Source of the DNA: a virus
Virus record (IMG/VR): IMGVR_UViG_3300035182_000466
Coordinates: 32,001-96,000 of that record
Direction: 5' to 3' (one strand)
Length of the DNA: 64,000 nt
Under the pieces are notes generated by a model that was given only the letters and a program-made list of their open reading frames with translations, had not been told where the DNA came from and did no database searches. Position numbers and translations under genes: made by a program. The number at the start of each line of letters is the position of its first letter. The stretch's first letter is position 1. Positions 58,514 through 64,000 of the stretch are shown one piece after another.

Positions 58514-61108
58514 ATGGGATTTTCAATAAGTAGAAATGGTATAACAGATATTTATACACTTTTTACAAATTTAGCTCAAGATCTTGTAGATGGAGGATTT
58601 GATCTTATATGGACTGAAGAAGAGCCTGAGAAAGTATTTATTCAGACAAAGTATTTAAAAGTAAAAATAGATGGAGAATTAGTAGATCCTTCTCATTATA
58701 TTGTTTCAACTTCTTCACCAAGAGATATAACCGCAATTTGCTCTATTCAATTTGTTGAAGGTTTTTATCCATCGAAGGATTCTAAAACGATAACGGCAGA
58801 CTTTTATTATCTTCGTGCATTTAAACAAGCTACGGATATTCCTGTACTAGGTACACCAAGCTCTTTTAATAACATTTTTAAAACAACTGGTTTATCTGAT
58901 ACAAATATCTTAGATGAAGACTCATTTAATCTTTATATAGACGATAATTCAGTAACAAAGGACTCTTACACTCTTAAACCAATACCTGGAGATGGAAATT
59001 ACAGTATAACTGTGAATAATTATGATTTATTGCCCTCAACAGGTTTCTCAATCAAAGCTAGCTACACTACTTCTTATTTAGAAACTAGCCCTACTTATTT
59101 GCTTTCTTCTTATAGTGGTTATGATACTGTAACCAGCATTTCTTTAGCTGAAGATAAAAATAGTTTTACTATATCACTTAGAGGTAATATGGGATTTAGC
59201 ATGACTGAGGTTCCAAGTAATGTACTTCAAATATATATAACTAATATTGTTAAGAATGCTTCTAATATTGTATATGAATTAGAAACCACCTTAGGTGGTC
59301 ACCCAAAACGTTTTTACTGTGATACATATGGACCTAATTCACGGTACATTAATATCCCAGAGTCGGCTGTAACTAAGATGTCTGAGAGTAAAGATCTTGC
59401 TGAGGCTGAATTTCTTGTAGATATGACTTCTTTTTCAGCACAAGATAAACAAGATACAATATTTACTATTAATAACTTAAATACCTCTATAACCTATACA
59501 GAGCTTGTTCCAACCGCAGTATATGATGAAGGAGTTACTTTAGAACAAGCTATACCGAAAGTTGTAACCTATTCAATGAACACTTCTGTTAAGAGTAATC
59601 TACGGGTATATAGATTTATAACTAACACTACTCTTAGTGGTAAGAACACAGGATACAATGATATTTTTTATACACCTAAAGATTTAGTATCAGTTGACTT
59701 ATCTACTTTTGAGCTTAAGGTTAAGGATACCCCAACTAGTACTGCTGTTATTTATTCATTAGGTCTAGACTATTTAGTAGATCCGATTCCTTCAGGGCAA
59801 GCAAAAATAACTATTGTAGATAAAACTAAAATTCCAATAGATACTGCAATAGTAACCGCTAGTTTTAAATATCAACTGCCTGGTAAAGAAGAAGTAGTAA
59901 ATTGTGTTTTAAAAGGTGATATAGATGGAGAAAATAATATTTTTGATATTGGCCCAAGATTAGTTGGAAAGAGATTTACTTTAGAAGCAAGCTCAAAAGT
60001 TGATCCTTTAGTTACTTTTCAGCCTTGGAGAATACACTTAGATTCTAGCTATTATATAAATTTTTTAATCAACACTTTGAGGCCTATAGGATCTAGAAAT
60101 GACTTAGAGTCAGATCCTCCAGAACAAATAACAGAGTATGGCAGACTAGTAGTAGGAACCAAGTATCAGTTATTAGACGATGGAACTGTTTATGACATAT
60201 TTGTACCTGAAAATGCTCCATTTCAAGATTATTTTATTTGTATATATGATACTTCTTATGAAGACTTTAAGTCGATTGTTTACACTCAACAGACGGGTGC
60301 TCCGTCTGTTGAGGACCGTGGTGGGTTGTACTATAATCAGATGGAATATAGTTCAGCATTTCCAAATGGTAGACTAAGATTTGATATAGATGGTATAGAG
60401 AGAAAAATGACAGTAGGTAATATAAGTCCTTTAATAAGTGAAGTTGATTTAAACCCAAGTAGACCTGTTTCTTATGTTGTATCTATATCTGATCATGGAT
60501 TTGCTTTCCATTTAAAAACTGAAGCTTATCCAGAGGGTAGACAAGGTAGTTTTGTCTGCGTTCAAAGACCAGTAAATGCTAAAACTGGAAAAGTTTCAAC
60601 CGATGGATTAACACCTGTAATTGGCTTATTTAGTCAGATAGATAGAATATATCAATCAACAGCAGGTGGAAGTCCATATACCAAATTTCCAAGTTCTGGT
60701 TTAAAAACGGTGTGGCAAATAGTTGTTAGAGAAAAAGATGTATGGACACCTTCTGTACCTAAAAATATAACCTACAATCAAAATAATAATGACTTAAATC
60801 AGAGTTATAGCTCAACTTTTTGGAATGCTAAGAAACAGATTTCTATAGCAGAAGACAATAGTTATATAATTACCGTGCCTGATGGAATTGTAACAGATAG
60901 GCATTTGTACCATAATGAAAGACTTGATATGATTGCTTTTATTTCTGCTAATGTTATTGCGGAATCAATGGTTGCAAAAGTTAATATGCATGGAGAGCTA
61001 GACTCAAATGGACAAAAATTAATGCGAGAGTATACTGCTCAAAGATCAACAGTTGGATATCACGAAGGTAGTCGTGTAATGATTTTGACAAAAGGTGGCG
61101 GAGTATAA
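58514..61108 (+). CDS. Virion protein, paralogue family member 2, with a large N-proximal insertion
   Basis: Same core as 55373 and 61130, with ~440 aa of beta-domains inserted after the first helix. Confidence 0.75.
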   Translation: MGFSISRNGITDIYTLFTNLAQDLVDGGFDLIWTEEEPEKVFIQTKYLKVKIDGELVDPSHYIVSTSSPRDITAICSIQFVEGFYPSKDSKTITADFYYLRAFKQATDIPVLGTPSSFNNIFKTTGLSDTNILDEDSFNLYIDDNSVTKDSYTLKPIPGDGNYSITVNNYDLLPSTGFSIKASYTTSYLETSPTYLLSSYSGYDTVTSISLAEDKNSFTISLRGNMGFSMTEVPSNVLQIYITNIVKNASNIVYELETTLGGHPKRFYCDTYGPNSRYINIPESAVTKMSESKDLAEAEFLVDMTSFSAQDKQDTIFTINNLNTSITYTELVPTAVYDEGVTLEQAIPKVVTYSMNTSVKSNLRVYRFITNTTLSGKNTGYNDIFYTPKDLVSVDLSTFELKVKDTPTSTAVIYSLGLDYLVDPIPSGQAKITIVDKTKIPIDTAIVTASFKYQLPGKEEVVNCVLKGDIDGENNIFDIGPRLVGKRFTLEASSKVDPLVTFQPWRIHLDSSYYINFLINTLRPIGSRNDLESDPPEQITEYGRLVVGTKYQLLDDGTVYDIFVPENAPFQDYFICIYDTSYEDFKSIVYTQQTGAPSVEDRGGLYYNQMEYSSAFPNGRLRFDIDGIERKMTVGNISPLISEVDLNPSRPVSYVVSISDHGFAFHLKTEAYPEGRQGSFVCVQRPVNAKTGKVSTDGLTPVIGLFSQIDRIYQSTAGGSPYTKFPSSGLKTVWQIVVREKDVWTPSVPKNITYNQNNNDLNQSYSSTFWNAKKQISIAEDNSYIITVPDGIVTDRHLYHNERLDMIAFISANVIAESMVAKVNMHGELDSNGQKLMREYTAQRSTVGYHEGSRVMILTKGGGV

Positions 61109-61129
61109 ATTAAGATATAGGAGATAATC

Positions 61130-62404
61130 ATGGGGTTTACTGTTGAAAGATCAGGCTTTATTAGAAGACCAGATATATATAACCAAATCATAAAGGACTT
61201 AGTTGAAAATGGTTTTATTCCAGTCTATTATAATTTAGGTGCGTTATCTGATCCTATTGCAGATATTACTGCTACTAAAGCTACTTTAATTGCTGGTCCT
61301 TCTGTTGATATTATGAATGATCCAAGTAATGTTTATCCATGTGGATTACAACCTTGGAGGATACAAATAGATGGCACTCTTCCTGGAGGTCAGGTTATTG
61401 TAGCTACAGAATATCAACTTCCGGATGATGGTAGCTGCTATACATTTACTGGAACTAAAATACCTGCTACTAATACTACAATAACTACTGATATAAGTGG
61501 TTGTATAGGAAGAGCAAATGAAGATGAAGACGGACTAATAACTGAATCTACTATTCATAATGCAAATCCTTACAATTACATACTAAGTATAACTAATAGA
61601 GGTATAGCAATTGAGATTTTTCAACAAATTGCAGTTAATGGTGCCAGGCGTTATAGTTGGTTCTGTATACAAAGACTTGTTAATCCAATTACTGGAAAAA
61701 TTCAGACTACTGGTAAATGTCCTGTTGCAGTATTATATTGTTGTGAGGCTTCAGGTAAACATGCAAGAAGATTTTATGCTAGGGAGGTAGACGTATATGG
61801 TCCTACCCAATCACAAGCAGCTTATGTATATAGCGATTATGTAAATCAAGTAATAAACGTAGAAAAACAAACGGTATTAGCAGAAACAAATCAGTACTAT
61901 ATTATATTCCCTGCTGGATTTAATACCAATAGACATCTATATAATGAAGAGATGGACATGGTAGCATATACTAGTGCAGGTGTTTTATCACAGAACAATG
62001 ATGCTATAGTAAATGTGTATGGTAGGGCTACAGTAGCTTTTTCAAATGGTTCTACCAAACCTCTCTCAGAAGATTTAATAAAAGATCCTATTACCGGAGC
62101 AACTGGTGTTGTTTATGAAGTAGTTTTAACTTCAGGCACCTGGTTAACTTCAACCACTGATCCTATAACAGGAACAGTTACAACTACAGGTGGAGATGCG
62201 AAAGGTTTTATAAATGTTTATAGCTGTAGTGGAACTTTTGTTACTTCTAATCCAATAGATAACGTAACTAAGAATTTAACCAAGATTGCAGTCTCAGATT
62301 TAGATAGCCAATTAGAATACCGATCTTATCGTGGTGGATGTGCTAATATACCAGATGCAGAAGGTATGAGGATGCTATATCTAGTAAGTGGTGGCGGAAT
62401 TTAA
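61130..62404 (+). CDS. Virion protein, paralogue family member 3, with a C-proximal insertion
   Basis: MGF...R.G N-terminus, PWRI, YQL.DDG, QRLVN, REVDV, RHLY..EMDM; ends in GGGI like the GGGV of 58514. Confidence 0.75.
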   Translation: MGFTVERSGFIRRPDIYNQIIKDLVENGFIPVYYNLGALSDPIADITATKATLIAGPSVDIMNDPSNVYPCGLQPWRIQIDGTLPGGQVIVATEYQLPDDGSCYTFTGTKIPATNTTITTDISGCIGRANEDEDGLITESTIHNANPYNYILSITNRGIAIEIFQQIAVNGARRYSWFCIQRLVNPITGKIQTTGKCPVAVLYCCEASGKHARRFYAREVDVYGPTQSQAAYVYSDYVNQVINVEKQTVLAETNQYYIIFPAGFNTNRHLYNEEMDMVAYTSAGVLSQNNDAIVNVYGRATVAFSNGSTKPLSEDLIKDPITGATGVVYEVVLTSGTWLTSTTDPITGTVTTTGGDAKGFINVYSCSGTFVTSNPIDNVTKNLTKIAVSDLDSQLEYRSYRGGCANIPDAEGMRMLYLVSGGGI

Positions 62405-62425
62405 AATTCTATTATTGGAGAGAAA

Positions 62426-64000
62426 ATGATTTTAGATCCAATAGTATATTTACCTTTAGACTCAGACTTAAAAGATTACTCAGGAGGTGGATTTGATGCC
62501 ACCTCCTATGAGTTCTCTGAAATAAAATACTCCAATATTTCATTTAGAAATTCATCTGTAGTATTAGATAGAGACTATTTATATAATCCTTCCGCCCTAC
62601 CTATAGTAAACGACTTTACTATAGTCCTCGCTATTAATCCAAACAAAGATCTAGTTGGATTAATACCTTTAGTTTTCCTTGGCTCTAACTTAACCGGAAT
62701 AGGCCTTAGTTTAGTATGTGGTAGACCTTATGGAGAATATCCATATGGTAAAGATCCATATGGAGGATTCTATAGTTTATCTTTACTAATAGGTACTGGT
62801 TTATCTTTAGAACAAATATTTATTGGTTATGATATTAAATTTTCTCGTTGGACACCTATCTTTTTAAGAAGAAAGTCTAATGTTTTAACCTTACATATTG
62901 GAATGTATAAAGTATATACTGATAATAACTTTTTATATTCTCTTAATTTAGACTCTGGATATAATATAGGGACTATACCTCCAGATAGGTCTTACTATTA
63001 TACTGGCGGATTAGATGAGTTTTATATTTATAATAAAGCCTTAACTGACGAGCAGTATAAATTATTCTTTCCTATAGTTTACAGAAAATACAATCAAAAA
63101 ATTACTATTTCACAAGATAGATTTATAAAGTATAAGATAGGTTCAGATCCTATTGATACAACAGAAAAAACTTATGAAAATAGTATATGCCATTGCTCCT
63201 TAGCTACTAATTCCTATGATTTTATCTCAACTTTAAAACATGTTGCAACCAATTCTGAAATAAAAATACTTGGTAATATAAACCACTCCACTCCCATAGA
63301 CTTTTCGTACTCTGCTTCAACTTCTGTTGATAAAGCCACTTTATGCTTTAATACAACTAATTTTAAATCTTGGGTTTATCATAAAGACATTAATACAATA
63401 GTACCTTCTTACGTTTCAAGTATTTTAGATAGAGCTATTAATACAATAATTCCTTTATACTTAATGAATATACCACATGCTTATTTAGCATCTCTTTCAA
63501 AAATATTTTCTATAAGTTCTTTAATGGAATACTCTATATTAACTTGTTTACCTGGAGCATTAAGTAATGAATTTAAGTATAGTCTAACTTTAAGTTCCTT
63601 AGATACAGAGACTAAAAATTTATCTAAGTATATTTTCTTTAACTTAGGATTAGATACAACTGGTACTATAGCAATTTCAAAAGAGGCAACTTTCTCGAGT
63701 GTTAAAGTACATCCAAAAGAATTATCTAAAATTAGAACATTCATAGAAAGAATAGTTAGTAATAATCTTATTAATACTGAATCCTTATGCATAGATTTAC
63801 CTATGTATAATGTACATGAACTTTATTCTAATCCTTCTTATATAAACTTTTCTATAAGAAATGGTAAATCTTTTAGTGTTAATCATGTTTCATTTGTTTA
63901 TAACAATAGAAAAAATGTTAGCCCTCTTTATATAAATATAGTATACCTTAATTATAAAAAACAAAAAGAAACTAAGTGGTTTACACCAGTTCAAAAACAT
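62426..64000 (+). CDS. LamG/concanavalin-like domain virion protein, 3'-truncated (absent from the ORF track)
   Basis: RBS GGAG and ATG at 62426; the frame stays open to the window end. VYLPLD...DYSG...GGLDEFYIFNKALT are LamG-like motifs; also PYGEYPYGKDPYGG. Confidence 0.75.
   Translation, partial: MILDPIVYLPLDSDLKDYSGGGFDATSYEFSEIKYSNISFRNSSVVLDRDYLYNPSALPIVNDFTIVLAINPNKDLVGLIPLVFLGSNLTGIGLSLVCGRPYGEYPYGKDPYGGFYSLSLLIGTGLSLEQIFIGYDIKFSRWTPIFLRRKSNVLTLHIGMYKVYTDNNFLYSLNLDSGYNIGTIPPDRSYYYTGGLDEFYIYNKALTDEQYKLFFPIVYRKYNQKITISQDRFIKYKIGSDPIDTTEKTYENSICHCSLATNSYDFISTLKHVATNSEIKILGNINHSTPIDFSYSASTSVDKATLCFNTTNFKSWVYHKDINTIVPSYVSSILDRAINTIIPLYLMNIPHAYLASLSKIFSISSLMEYSILTCLPGALSNEFKYSLTLSSLDTETKNLSKYIFFNLGLDTTGTIAISKEATFSSVKVHPKELSKIRTFIERIVSNNLINTESLCIDLPMYNVHELYSNPSYINFSIRNGKSFSVNHVSFVYNNRKNVSPLYINIVYLNYKKQKETKWFTPVQKH

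Noticed and set aside
1128-63792. Minus-strand and short alternative-frame ORFs in the track (e.g. 38509..38898, 49178..49492, 63481..63792)
   Set aside because: All lie inside or largely overlap longer + strand genes, and those I checked lack an RBS. They are shadows of biased codon usage.

Overview
An AT-rich window that is almost entirely coding on the + strand. It is the virion morphogenesis region of a large (probably jumbo) myophage. 1-28 kb is a cluster of fibre/appendage genes. It includes a 4341-aa protein with about 44 CBM5/12-like W/Y repeats, five proteins sharing an Mtd_N-like N-terminus, coiled-coil, Kelch and C1q-like proteins and a fibre chaperone, with a methyltransferase-GT9 fusion and a permuted papain-like amidase among them. 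28.3-35.4 kb is an unexpected, tightly packed signalling cassette: a secreted substrate-binding-like protein, two small membrane proteins, an unknown protein, an intact TM-PAS-GGDEF-EAL diguanylate cyclase/phosphodiesterase, an intact HD-GYP phosphodiesterase and a GT2-methyltransferase fusion. This phage-borne cyclic-dinucleotide module inside a late structural operon is the strongest candidate for a new system. 35.4-38.1 kb holds small genes and a protein with an ADP-ribosyltransferase-like domain. 38.2-53.8 kb is the core head/tail module: acidic scaffold, head protein, major capsid, tail completion, sheath, two tube-fold proteins, a gp26-like chaperone with a candidate +1 frameshift at CCC-UAG, an NlpC/P60 tail protein and baseplate genes. 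53.9-64 kb has further virion proteins, including three paralogues with different inserted domains. From memory, the gene order and capsid sequence resemble the 'hairy' Y3/JA11/Lu11-type jumbo myophages; this needs a BLAST check. No tRNA, CRISPR array, reverse transcriptase or mobile element was seen. All product calls come from motif recognition by eye, not from database searches.
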